A stretch of DNA of 64,000 nt from Daphnia carinata (taxonomy: Eukaryota): positions 8,804,001-8,868,000 of the forward strand of contig NC_081333.1 in NCBI RefSeq assembly GCF_022539665.2. Reading direction: 5' to 3'. Shown here one piece after another: positions 51,793 through 64,000 of the stretch. The position numbers and the translations under genes are program-made. Every line of letters begins with the position of its first letter. Within the stretch, counting starts at the first letter, position 1. The notes below the pieces were generated by a model. That model made no database searches, was not told the DNA's origin, and saw only the letters and a list, made by a program, of their open reading frames with translations.

Positions 51793-53440
51793 ATGATAGA
51801 AACGGTGAAGCAAAAATGTTTTTCAAAAGAAGAAACCGGTGTGGCGAAAGAACTCGTGTATAAACCTTATGAGAAACAAAGGCAGGCATGGGTCGCCATG
51901 GTACAAAATTTAATGCAAGCAAACACCAATGATGAGTTGACAAGCATTCTACAGAGAATGTGTGATGCTGAAGAAATTCCCATTAAATGGAACAAAATAA
52001 ATAAGCCCAAATTCTTGGTAATACCTTACAAAGGAAACAATAGCATTTTTATAATGTTTTCCATTGATTTTAGAACTACCTAAGACACTTAATGAATTAC
52101 CAAGGCAACCCGACAAAAGATGAACAGTTATGGAATCTGGTGTCTAATGATCAGAAAGAAAAAAAGAAAAAGAAAACCACAGATGTGAAAAACGACCTCA
52201 AAACAGAAAATAGAGTTGCAGATAAAGTTAGAGATAAAGATGAAGAACTGGCAACCAAAGGATTGGCTGCTGGACCTGCCAAGAATAAAGCAAAAAAGAG
52301 TCCAAACAGCAAAGAAGAAAGTAAAAAATTATGGGCAATCGCAATTGAAAATCTAATTCAAAGAAATACCAATGAAGAACTAATGAACTCCCTAAGGAAA
52401 ATAAGCACTGCACCTAATATTCTTTACGTTAAGAAATGGCAGGAAATAAAAAAAAACAAATTTGTGGTATGTATATCTTTAACATTCATGCTTATAGACT
52501 AGAGGGTTTTCTAACTGCAATTTTTAAATATTAGAATTTTTTGAAAAACATCCCTGATTACCAAGTGGATTCTGTAATTGATGAAAAATTACGCATCCTG
52601 ATTTCAAAAGCCCTGGAAGATCAGCACATTAAACAGAAGAATGAAAAAATATATGCTAAAGGAATTCCACCCAAACCATTCCAGAAAGAAAAAAATTCTG
52701 AGTGGTTAAGTTTTGTTAGAAATTTAATAGACAAAGATAACCAAAAATTAGTAAGTGATGCAGGTGAAAAGATAACCGCGCGCGAAAATATTCCAAAGAC
52801 TTGGAATGGCATTAAAAAAACGGATTTCAAGGTAGTCGTGCGTATAAATCATCATAAAATAACTTTTATTATGTGCGTGTTTTGTTTTGTTTTGTTTTTC
52901 CAGAATTTTTTGCAAAACAACCTTGGTTATGAAGTGAACTCCCCAATAGCTGAAAATTTATGGGATTTCATTGCAAAAGCATTACAAGAGAAACGGGCGG
53001 TTAAAGCGAAAAATGGCGTCATTCAAAAAGCGGCAGAAAAAACAAAAGGAAAAAAGCGAAAAAGTGATGTTGACCATATGAAACCTGCTATCAATGGCGG
53101 TAGTGCAAAAAGAATTAAGAAAACTGTGGAATTACAAACGCATAAAAACGAATCGTGCAATCCATCAAGCGACATCATTAGCGTTTCTCAAACTGAAGAG
53201 CCTTGCGGCAAAGTCAAATGGATTTCGATTGGCAAAATGTTATTGCGCGCTGCGGACAATAAGGAGTTGCCATTAAAAAAGTTTCGGAAAAAAATCGTCG
53301 CTGAATATTTAAAGCGGGTGGGTACTGCCGTTTCCGAAAAATCTTGCTGTTCGGACACCTTGTGGTCGAAGTGCCAAAGCAAATTATCGAAAAACTCCAG
53401 GTTCCAGATTGATGCCGAAAGCATTCGGCTTGTTGTATGA
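51793..53440 (+). CDS. LYAR-like (cell growth-regulating nucleolar protein-related) protein without zinc fingers and with a triplicated central module; 4 coding exons, 483 aa
   Basis: Exons 51793-52017, 52074-52466, 52535-52831, 52904-53440 (1452 nt, in frame). N-terminal KCFSKEE...KQRQAWV...IPIKW...KFL|NYL...EQLWNLVS resembles the LYAR segment following the C2HC fingers. C-terminal KVKWISIGKMLLRAADNKELPLKKFRKKIVAEY...KLSKNSRFQIDAESIRLVV resembles the LYAR C-terminal domain. Lys-rich linkers. Homology recognised from memory, not by search. Confidence 0.82.
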
Positions 53441-56400
53441 TGTTGTGTGCCTATGTGAAATGAAAATATCAACAATACCAGCCATTTACTTGTTAACGTC
53501 ATACTTTCTGCAATGCTTAAATATTTGTATGTGCCTAATCGAACTTCTAAATCGGCAAGAAATCATGTCTCAAATAATCCTAAATTCCTCCTAAAAAATT
53601 CAGGGGTAAACGTGGGTAAACTGTTAACCACATTTTAACAATCAATTTCAGTTATCAGTTTCTATCAACAGGGGCCTCTGTCATGGTAGCAGACGACACC
53701 AGCCCCTCAACGATCCTTCAGTTTAACGGGTTTCAAATTCACGACCATTTGTAAGTTCATCGTTATTTTATTTGTGTTTTGTGAACATATCTAGCGAATT
53801 TTGCTGCTGCCATTGCTAACAGGGAATAATAATATAATGATTATTGATTTATAACGTTTTTTTATTAATCTTAGATTTATAATATTTCCAAAATTCAACG
53901 TAGTTTCTATGTGATTTTGTAAGATATGCTGAACATTTCCAAACGCAACTTCAACAGCATCACGTTAGAATTGGCGTGTTTGGATTGTGTGTTCGTTTAG
54001 TTGCAAGAAGACGAATCACACAATCCATTGAACGATACCATTACCATTTCCAGACTAAAAAGCCAACCTTCATGTCTGCTGGGAACAAAATTGGCAAAAC
54101 GGAATTGCATGATGCAGTGAATAAGAGGTTATCATTCAGTTAGTTCAAGAATCATAATGGAATATTTGAATTGAATGTGAAATGCCATTTTTGGCATATC
54201 CTCCTATTCCAAAAGACAGTGGTAAACATGTCAGTAAATTGTCTGAAAACTCTTATGTTCCAAATTGACCCAAAAGGAATGAAGCTTGTCATGTAATGTT
54301 GTAAGCCCAATGTCAAATCGAAATACTGCTTAACCAGGCATTGAATTGTTAACAGCATACTTTCAGTTTCACCTTTCTATCTGTATATGCATAATCCAAC
54401 TTTTAGATCAACAGTACAAAAATGCCCAAAGGAATCCGCAAATCTGAGGTAAATGTATGTTAACTGTTAGCCACATTTTAAAATCTATGTTAATTAATAT
54501 TCTCAGTTTCAGTTGACCAATCGTTCTTTGAAGAATGCTTGATGCGCATTGTATACCAAATAGCCGCGACGTCGACAGATATTTGTCCTGGTGTTTTGAG
54601 GTATGCTTTATCGTTCGTAATGTACATAGCAAAAAAATTTAAACGACGAAAGCTTCACTTTCGATTACTTGGTACATTCCGGCTATCATTCTGTTTCTAG
54701 AGCTGTTCTAGCGCTTGTCATAAAGGATTTAATGTAGAACGTAAAAGAGAACGCCGTGATGCATTTTTTCTAAAAAATGCAACGGTTTCATTTTGCCATT
54801 TCATATTTGACAATCTCGTTTATTTGCGGTTATGAAGTCAGAGCGTTCCCCAGAAATCTACCCCGTTCATCGAGTCCCTCTTGTGAGAACGCCGTCGATC
54901 GAAGATTCAATTTGCTTTGCCTGTGGGATGCGTTTTATATCCGTTTCCTTTAGTGATCAGTATAGGGAGTATGCCCGCATTGAAGATCATGGTCGAAGAC
55001 GCTCGACCCTCACTTTCTTATAAGATAAAGATGAAAAGAGATTTCTGCCGACTATTTGCCGTTTTCCATTCGTGCCGTTTGCCTTCAACTTCTATCCGTA
55101 TAATAGTTGTCCAGTAGCAAACTTTCCATGTTTCAAGTGAAATGGCAAAGCTCCCCGAAGGGCCGAATCCTCCGCAAAACTAGTTTAGGGTAGTTTAACG
55201 AAGTCTATTCATACGAGTGCATTGTTGATTCCAAGAACTGGACTCTGCTTGTGTAATCGGTGGCAAAAATTTAATCTAGTCCTTTGGGATTTCATTTTTA
55301 CAACTTGATGTGCTCCGACCGTTCGGTGCTGTATAGATGCATAATGTGAAAAGGCGGTTTTTAGAAATCGGTTATTGCATGAATCACTTCCGTCTTCATT
55401 CGTGACCACTTGGCGGCCATGTCGACGAGGAAGATTGATTCATTTACAGACGCGACACTCTGAGCGATCACCAATCCATTTTCGGTGGCAGCTAATGCCA
55501 ACCGTGGCGCATGACGAGACGCCCTCCCTAACGTGCCGCAATAACAGACAGTCCCACGTGACACTAACGCAAACACGACATAGAATGACGCAATTAAATA
55601 GGTCGTTCCTTTCCACTAGCACCACCTATTCTTTTTAAGGGAAATGGATCTGTCGCCGTTCCACTAACACTTTTATCGACTGACTTTGACATTTCACTTG
55701 CCACTCCCATGATGACTTCGCCAACAACGATTTCCGCCCCAGCAAAAAAAAATATTCTTTTTCATCGAGCTTCTTTTTACGATAAGATTTATAAGCCTTC
55801 GTGTGTTCGTTAAATGATTGTATCTTTTCTTTTGTTAGGGTTTTTCCGTATAAAGGCGCTTTTTCATGTCTCTCAGATCCCGCCACCGATTACGAGCGAT
55901 GCCCGCACGTCATAACGTTTCGCTACTCTTTTCTCTATTATTATTTATTTTTATTCTTTGTTGAAATGGATTGGATCTTTGTATACGGACTAGTGCTAGA
56001 AGTATATTGCGACGGCCGACTAAAGCTCTTTTTTTTTGTTCTTGTTATTGTTGTGTTAAGCTCCGCCGTGAAAAGTGCACACACATGATCGATCGTTATT
56101 ATAGATGGTCTATCTTTTTGCCTCTCTTTTCCGTCATTGATGTGAGTTGACGCTCGGCTGGTAACGGGGGACTTTGGCAAAGGTTGCTGTGCGTCAGCAA
56201 CTAATTTGTACTTGTCAGCGGTGGATACACATACTGCCTTGGTGGAAACAAGCGGCAGAGGAGAGAAGTTTGGAAGTGACGCGATTTGCCGGCACACGTA
56301 TACATACCCAGACGGAATCGATGGGGGTCATCTTTTGTCTACTGTTGTAAGAGGTCACGTCGGCCCAGGAGCTCGAGTCAACCATCAACTATATAAGCCG

Positions 56401-59368
56401 TGATCTAATAGAGCGAAGTAAGTTGTATTTCTTGATTTATTGCACCCATGACACCTCGTTGTGCACCAGCGTTGCTGTTCCCTGTTGGATGACAGATCGA
56501 GTTCGTGAAAGAAATGTTAACGGTATACAAGAAGAAGAAGAATAAAAAACTTGAGAAGATTATGGTTCCCATTACTGTGAGACAACGATCGTTAAAAAAT
56601 AGATCATCGTCATGTGCTACGAAGGTAGATAATTGGATTGAAATCGACCCACTGGTTGTTGGGGGTCAGCTGATAAAGAGCACGGGGGCATGCTAATGAA
56701 ACCATCCAAGCCGCTGAGTATACAAGATGGGCAGCACTATGTTCGATTAATGCGCCTTTCCAATCACCTAATCGTCTTGTTCCCACGAGCGATGAATAGA
56801 CTGTTACGTGTATTACAACAGGAACTGCTTTGCCCGACTGCTGCTAATGTCAGCAGATTGTAGTCCGTCCACTGAGTGTCACAGCTCTCATTTCACGCAC
56901 GTCCTAGCTGTACGCGACTGTATTGCTTCGATTGCTTTGATGAAACAAGAAAAACTGCCGAGTTGTAGAGAATTGACACCCTCCCATAGGCTGCATTATC
57001 TCTTCTTTTAGCTTCACCCTCCCCTTCCTTGTTTAGAGATCGTATCGATCCGTCACCATCAAACTCATCTTGAGACCCGATGACGCAGCTCCATCATCCT
57101 CTTCTTTCTTCGCCTACGACATCGTTTGTTGCGGCGCAGTTAGGTGCCGAGCGACGTCGTTGGGCGAGGCGTTTTTAACTAACCCGCCACCTGCTAAAGA
57201 AATGAATAATATTAAATTCAGAGGGAAGAATGGAAACTTTTGAATATTAAACCTTTTTCCCTCCTTCGTCATGCGAGTTCCAATCAGAGTTTTTCAACGT
57301 CAGCATGCAAGTCCGTGAATGAAACGGACGAATTTGATAGAGAAAAAAAAGTAAAAGTTTTTTTTTTATTTCTTTAGTTTTTTGCGTTTGAATGACGTGC
57401 AGTCGGGACGTCATTTTCTGTGGAGGGGGGGAAAAAGGAAAGGAGGAAGACGGATTAAGATGTATTGTTGTTTGTTGCATTTCGTCGATTTTGTTTTCGT
57501 GTATTTGATTTATTATCATATTTTCTAAACAGGATGATGGCGTTGCACTCACACAACGTAACACTACGTCACTTTTCCTGCCCACACAGTATGTGTTGGC
57601 TTGTGCTTATTCTCTTGCTCGTTCCACGTACGGCGTACGTAGCATTGTAGGGATAGACGACAATGAAACGGAGGCCGAACTGACAGGTTTTTTCTTCCTT
57701 TTACAAAAAGAATGTGTAGATCCTAGGTTAACCAATAGTTACAAAAATGGTGACTTTCTTCTTTCGTCTGCTTTTTCCTTCCCCTCCTTTCATGGTCCAT
57801 AAAATTGGATCTTGCTATTCCAGGCCGGATTGTTGCAGAATTCGTTCTTTTTTTTTCTTGAAAAGATGTCATCGTCTTTTGTCGCAGCAGTGCAATCATC
57901 TACATCCAAACGTAACACACAGCGTGTGGTCCTACATGAGACTGACACGTATTCAGATATTCTTATTGCAGCAAAAAGGAAAGCGACGAAAGATGATGTC
58001 TTCTCACGTCGTCAAGAGATCGAATGTTGCCGACTGTGTTGCACTGTTAATAGTGAAACCACGACGGCGAGCAAAATCTTTGTTTTTTGTCTAAACAGCA
58101 GCAGCTGGCTAGCGCGTGCCAACGAAATGACTGGATGATGTTCGACTGTTGAAAGAGACAGTGGCAGTCGGTTAATGACATCTCATGTCAGTACTTTCTC
58201 AGCCTCTGAAATTCATTGAAACTGAAAGCAAAGCTATGACAGCATATTTAGTTTCAGTCAGATTTCGTCTCAGCAGCTGAATAGGTTGAATCCCCTCAGC
58301 TAATTTAATCTCATTTGCAACCAGAATAATTCGGCAGTTTCAATGCAAGCTCAATGACTCTTGCCTTTGAAATTGTAAATTAGCAATCGGTCTCGTCTAC
58401 TCTCCCGCCAAGTGGGTAAAATAAGCCCACGTTCCTTGGTCTTTTACTGCCGTCTGATTTATGTCTTGTTGTATCGTTTCATCTAATTCACTTGAAGAGC
58501 CTTTCTATCAGAACGGTGTGAGATAAAAACCATTCGTTCAGAAAAGGCGAAAAACACAAATTCACATAATAGTATTTGCTATCTCTAAACCTGCATCGTT
58601 TCATGCACCCGTCTAGCAGACGATATTTTACGTGACTCTTCCTCTCTACATGCGCAGGAACAGACTTTAGGTCAAAAACTATGCAGAGAGGGAGAGAGAG
58701 AAAAAGAAAATTATGACTATATGCCAGTAGCTGATGCCAATTACTTTCTTAACCCTCCCCACCGGCGGCGAGAAAGGAAAGTGTTGAAATATTTAAAAAC
58801 ATCCATTCAACGGAAGTTATGTCTGAGAATGCTTAAATGGAACCTCTGCTTGCATCTTATTTCTTTATCACAGTCAGTTCATGCTGTCCCTCGAAAAAGT
58901 TCAAGATGAAGCCGGTGATAAAGCAGTCATGTGTTTCGTTTCCTCCTTCGTGCATAACTTGTCTTTAATTTTAGAAATTCGGGTCCCACCTCCTATTTCC
59001 GCCTTAACTATGCATTGTCTGCTTAACGATTCACATGGATTAAGAAGTAGGCATCGTTTGTGCGCGCGAAGAAATAGAGGTAATGAACAAAGAGATCGCT
59101 AGAGGTCTCACCTATTTGCCTTCGTCTGCTTACCGTGTGGTGCGCCTTAGAGAATGCGACCAAGCTTTTTTACGATTTGGGTTGACGTCCGAACCCTGTT
59201 CAGGGTTGCTGCTGTATACTTCAAAAGTTCTGGGGTAGACGTCTTTTGCGCTCAGTCTACTCCCGCACGAGAACCATGACGTGTCGAGTCTCACGCGGCT
59301 CTCGACTCGTTGACTCACGAACGTGAACCCATTATAAATGCGTGCCTTATAAAGCCGGGGGAGGTGGA

Positions 59369-59468
59369 ATGTGTGTGGCTTGTTCGATGTGTTGCTCGCG
59401 TTCTCGTCGTGTGTTGTTTTCTCCTATTTGGAGCCAACTGACTGATGAATAAGGAAAATGCAGGCTAA
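59369..59468 (+). promoter_or_regulatory. Two upstream ORFs adjacent to / overlapping the EXT1 start codon
   Basis: uORF 59369-59452 (27 aa) stops 5 nt before the main ATG. uORF 59445-59468 (MNKENAG*) is out of frame and overlaps the main ATG at 59458. Inclusion in the mRNA is assumed, not shown. Confidence 0.45.
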
Positions 59469-60434
59469 ACAGCGCTACATTCTCCTTTTCCTTTCCTGTG
59501 CCTTCTTAGCGTTATGCTATTTTGGAGGTTACAGGTTAAAAGGACTCTTCCCTGATCGGGGCAGACACTGGCCTCCATTGGATTGTTACATGGACAGTGA
59601 GGAATTGATGGAGCACAGATCGTTCTGGTCGCTTCCACCAAAGCAGAGACGAGATGAAGCCAAGACAACAACTGTCAGGGAACAGTGTCGAATGGAAACA
59701 TGCTTTGATTTCACCAAGTGTGCCAGTGGTTTCAAGGTCTATGTTCATCCAGTGGAAGAATCAGTGGCCATGAGCTCAACTTATAGGAAAATATTGAATG
59801 TCCTCACGGAATCCAGGTACGACATTAAAAAGTGTTTTATTTATATGCATTAACGATTAACTTTAATTAAATTTTGTTGCTACCTGGTATGTAGGTATCA
59901 CACGATGGATGCTAGTCAGGCTTGCCTGTTCATATTGGGTCTTGACACACTAGACCGGGACAGCCTCTCATCAGACTTTGTCAGGGGAATGCAGTCCAAG
60001 CTCAACAGTTTGCCTCACTGGAATGGTGGGCAAAACCACATCATTTTTAATTTCTACTCGGGCACGTGGCCGGACTACACCGAGGACCTTGGAATGGACA
60101 TTGGCCGGGCCATTCTGGCCAAGGCGAGCATTTCAGTGCAAAATTATCGGCCGTCTTTCGACATATCTCTTCCCCTGGTGCATAAAGAGCACTTGGAGAG
60201 AGGCGGCGATATATTGCCCGTCTACGCCGAGAATATTCCCGCCGCTTCAAAGTCCTACTTGCTGGCCTTCAAGGGCAAACGCTACGTCTACGGCATCGGC
60301 TCCGAGACGCGCAACTCGCTCTACCATCTCCACAACAGCCGAGATGTCATTATGGTCACCACCTGTAAGCACGGCAAGAGCTGGAAGGAGCTGAAAGACG
60401 AACGCTGCGAGGAAGATAACGCCGAATACGACAG
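59458..60434 (+). CDS. EXT1: Exostosin-1 / tout-velu heparan sulfate co-polymerase, first two coding exons (5' partial; remainder lies beyond the window)
   Basis: Starts [24 protein letters not shown] (type II membrane anchor, like the MQAKKRY start of EXT1/Ttv). Contains [123 protein letters not shown]. Exons 59458-59816 and 59895-60434, both ending AG|GT. Confidence 0.96.
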
Positions 60435-63400
60435 GTATGTTTTTTTATTTCTCTCTATCTCTCTCTGTTTCCCCTCCAGTGTTTTATCTCTTCGATCACC
60501 CCTTCTGATCCGTTTCGTCGACTCGTTCCCTAGCCTTGGGCACTGATTTTTGATTGTTTGGGTGTTTTCATTTTCGGCCACTGTGTATTGTCTCGGGTCG
60601 GTTTTTCAATTCGAAGTCCGAAGTTACACGTTATGCAAGGTACAATCACTCGAGGTAAAAGTGTGAAGAAAGGGAAACGAATTTATAACATAAAACTTGT
60701 TGACGTATAGACCTATTGACCTTTAGTTACTAGTCTATCGGCGTGGACGTTTGTTACATGCCACGCACGTATGTGGGCCACATTCACTTTTAACCACCCT
60801 CTTCAACGATATCTCAAGTATGGCCACGCATTCGAGAGTTCTTTCGACAGATATATGCTTGCCTGTGTCTTGCAAGGGGTTTACTTGTTCCAGACATTTG
60901 GTCTTTCCTTAGGTTTCATATTGATTTCTTGTTGTTTCCTTTCGTAGAAAAACAAGATGTTATGTTTCCCATCCTAGTATTAGATGCGACGTAATTGGAT
61001 TGGTCAGCTAGCAGCAGTCACTAGATACTATATACTACATCTGATCAACTAGCTGATGCTTCCGGGCAAGGAATCGGAGTTGGCTCAGCTGTGTCCTCGA
61101 ACATGTATATACACTTAATCCTTGTCGATGCATCTAGCCAGGTCTTTCAGCTCTCTCCTCTTTTTTTTCCCTCAATCTTCCATATATTTATATTCGGCCA
61201 GATTTGTCGATGCTGCTGCTGCCGCTACGACTACGCTTGTTGTTTTTCCATCGAACGACTTATCTGGAATCGACAATATCCATTTAGAATTAGGGCACAT
61301 TCTCCGCCCTCTCTCTTTCCTTTTAGTGTGTCCGTCTATGAATTTTCCGTATACGGTCGATACGCTTTACTCATCGATACTTGCCCATCGATCCAACGTA
61401 ATAATTAAAAAAAAATGGCAAGTTGCGTTTTTGTGTTTTGGTTTTTTGTTGGTGGTTTTCAGCTTCACGAAAATTGAAAATACTGCCTCGCTTTTCCACT
61501 CTCTCTCCTCCCGCAGTCACTGGTCTAATCCGAGAAAGCTGGATCACATAGTTGAATGCTTCTTAATGCCACCACTACTGCCGCCGACGTCTTTTCCTAC
61601 CCTGGGTTTTTTTATATTTATTTTCCCATTTGGTGATTTCCAAAGAGTGTTCCCAATCCGACGTCCGCCATAGAAGTAGGCTATATTATTACTATTATAG
61701 ATCATCGTTTTTCAAAGCAGCTTTTCGTGGCCCCCATTTATTATTACTATTATCGTTACTATTTTTTAAATCCTATTTTATTTTCACAATCTGTACTCGC
61801 TCTATTTCTATACGCTATCGTGTGTGTTATATCTCTTATTCTGCGGGGCAAAAGAGGATCGGAAAATGCGGCGACAGCGGTGGGGAAACGTTATGAGGCA
61901 ACGTCACTGATTGATATACATTTATGTGTTTGCAAGGGGAGAGCGGGGAGACGAGGGAACAAAAAAGTAAAAGACTTCTTTTTTTGATGGTGTTTTGTGT
62001 GTGTTAGAGGGCAAACGAGAGTTGAGAGAAAAGAAGAGGAAAAAAAAAAAAAGGGGTCTTATCGCTTTCGTCTTTTCTTCTCCCTTATTTTTTGGCTTGG
62101 AGTCAAGCTGACACGGCAGTCCATTCTAGCTCATTTCCCCCTTTTGTGTGTGTGTGTCAAGCAGCCAGAGTTTCCTCGCTTTCCCCCTGAAGAGGCTCTC
62201 TTTTTCTCCCCTCGCTCGCTCTCTTTTTCTCCCCTCGTTTCGTTTCACCCTCACTGTCAAACCTTCCACTAAATTCATCTTGTATTTCTCCCGGAGTTTC
62301 AAACTGATCCTAAAAGGGACAACCGCCCTCTCTCCCCCGCTTCATCCTGCACGTCTGGAAACGTTTGAGTTGATGCTAGCCAATGGATTGAATCCACTCG
62401 ATAACCGGAGAGAGACCCCAAAATTTGAAACCGGTCAGAAAATTGATCAAGTAGAATTGCAAGTAAAATAGGAGAGAATGTCACTGAGGCACTGTGGGGC
62501 GGAACTGTGAAACAAAAGAGCAAACGATGTTGTTTCTAAAAAGAACAATGTCGTTTGTCACGTGTGATGCATACAGCAGTTGTATACATTGTAGACGTGT
62601 ACGTGACAAATGGAGCGCGTGTCCTTTGAATCGGGATCCGTTAAAGAGCTACCCGGCAGAGGAAAGTAGGGAGCCAACTATCGATCAAGTTTTTTAAAAA
62701 TCTGTTGTCTGTTTCGGCAGGGACACATGCATACACACAAAAAAAAATACCCGTAGAAATACAAACCTGTCAGACAGGTGACGCCATTTTATGTGTGTGT
62801 GTGTGTGTGCAAAGGAATTTTCAAATCAATGGCGTGCCAACTTAACCGTCTGGTTCGTTCTTTTTTCCAGGCCGTCTTATTTTTCTTCGTGATAATTCAT
62901 CAAACATTCCAACATGACGGCCAACACACGCTGCATGTAGTATCTATTCCCACCCCAAATCCGATTAACACTCTGTTAAAAGAAATTATTTTTTTCCCCT
63001 CTCTTCATATTTATTTGTATGAGGCTGTATATGGTTGTGACATGATTGTAGGCCATCATCTTATCATCTCCTCCTTCTTTTCCTTGTATTCAATACTTTT
63101 CCCAGAGCTTATATGAATCGAAAGGTGGACCACGCCCTGAGCTCTTATCTCACTTCGTTTTTTTTTCCCGCGTGAAACGAGGGAATATCTCGAACGAGGC
63201 GCCATGTTGGGGACAGCCAACGGCGCAATTTATGAACTGAATTGGAATATGGCCCGTGAGATGTTTATGGTTTCAATTCCCCCTTGGCCATGAAAGATCA
63301 TCCTGTTCACGTCAAGTACAAGGCACTAGGAAGAAAAAAGGAGGGGGGGGGGAGAATATGATGAATACTACTTTTTCTTTTCTTTCTGTGCTATGGCGTA

Positions 63401-64000
63401 TTATTGCTCCAAGCCCGACGAGCGTGTATTTACAAAGTCGTGCTGCGTGACATTTTCCCTTAAGAAGATTTAATTTGACTGAGGATCTTATTGCCATCCT
63501 CGTTGGGAAAAGGCTCGTGCTAGTAAAACGAGATGGCCAAAAGGTACAAGAGAATTAATCACAATCTGATCCACATAAATGGCGACAGAGAGAGAGAGCG
63601 AGACGATATTGTCACAAATGACATTTAGATGCGTTAGCCTGTTAAATAATACATCACAATTTAAATGAGCTTTAAAGACAAAGAGGCGGCCCGGCGCTCC
63701 GTTTTTGCCTTATTTTTTTATTTGATACTCACGTTGCTGTTTAGTGATGAATTTCTTGCCTTTGATCTTTTCTGACGCACATCTCTCGCCCTAGCTCCAT
63801 ACACGAGATTGAGTTACCCAATCGCTGCATATGTGATGTGCATTTCTGACTCTTGTTCGCTGGCCGACCGGAAGACGGAGGAAGCACGCAAGCAGAAATG
63901 AACGAGAAGTAAACTTTTTTTCTCATTGGGCCTTTTTTTCCCCCTCATCTTTTGCAGACACGCACAGAAAAATATCTGTTTCTTCTTTATTTTATATTCC
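60435..64000 (+). other. Long intron of EXT1/ttv, continuing past the window end
   Basis: Donor AG|GTATGT after 60434. The expected next exon (YDY..LL.NSTFCLVPRGRRLGS) was not found in the remaining sequence. Confidence 0.8.

Noticed and set aside
61200..61245. 'RYDY' peptide in the EXT1 intron resembling the start of the next EXT1 exon
   Set aside because: No acceptor in the required position, and the following residues do not match the conserved NSTFCLVPRGRR segment.
1..64000. CRISPR arrays, prokaryotic operons, rRNA genes, autonomous transposon ORFs
   Set aside because: No regularly spaced direct repeats, rRNA-like sequence or transposase/reverse-transcriptase ORFs were seen; all recognisable genes are spliced eukaryotic genes.

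Overview
Eukaryotic, AT-rich, intron-dense genomic DNA. The short 55-75 nt introns, abundant poly-A/T tracts and arthropod-type gene content suggest a branchiopod crustacean such as Daphnia (inference, not verified). Bases 1-~34,500 contain no recognisable protein domain and look like the 5' introns or regulatory region of a large minus-strand gene continuing left of the window; a candidate first coding exon lies near 31.9-32.1 kb. Bases 35,095-48,323 hold four tandem, apparently intact, secreted carboxyl/cholinesterase genes on the minus strand. On the plus strand follow a BTB + FLYWCH gene (mod(mdg4)-like architecture, 49,944-51,347), a LYAR-related gene (51,793-53,440), and the first two coding exons of exostosin-1/tout-velu (59,458-60,434), followed by a long intron running past the window end. 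The most unusual observations are: (i) the LYAR-like gene has lost its zinc fingers and triplicated its central module, with an intron at the same position in each copy; (ii) one esterase intron is present in two paralogs at positions offset by 1 nt and absent in the other two; (iii) one splice donor is GC in three paralogs and GT in the fourth; (iv) patchy inter-paralog identity consistent with gene conversion; (v) upstream ORFs abutting and overlapping the EXT1 start codon. No prokaryotic systems, CRISPR arrays, rRNA or intact tRNA genes were seen.
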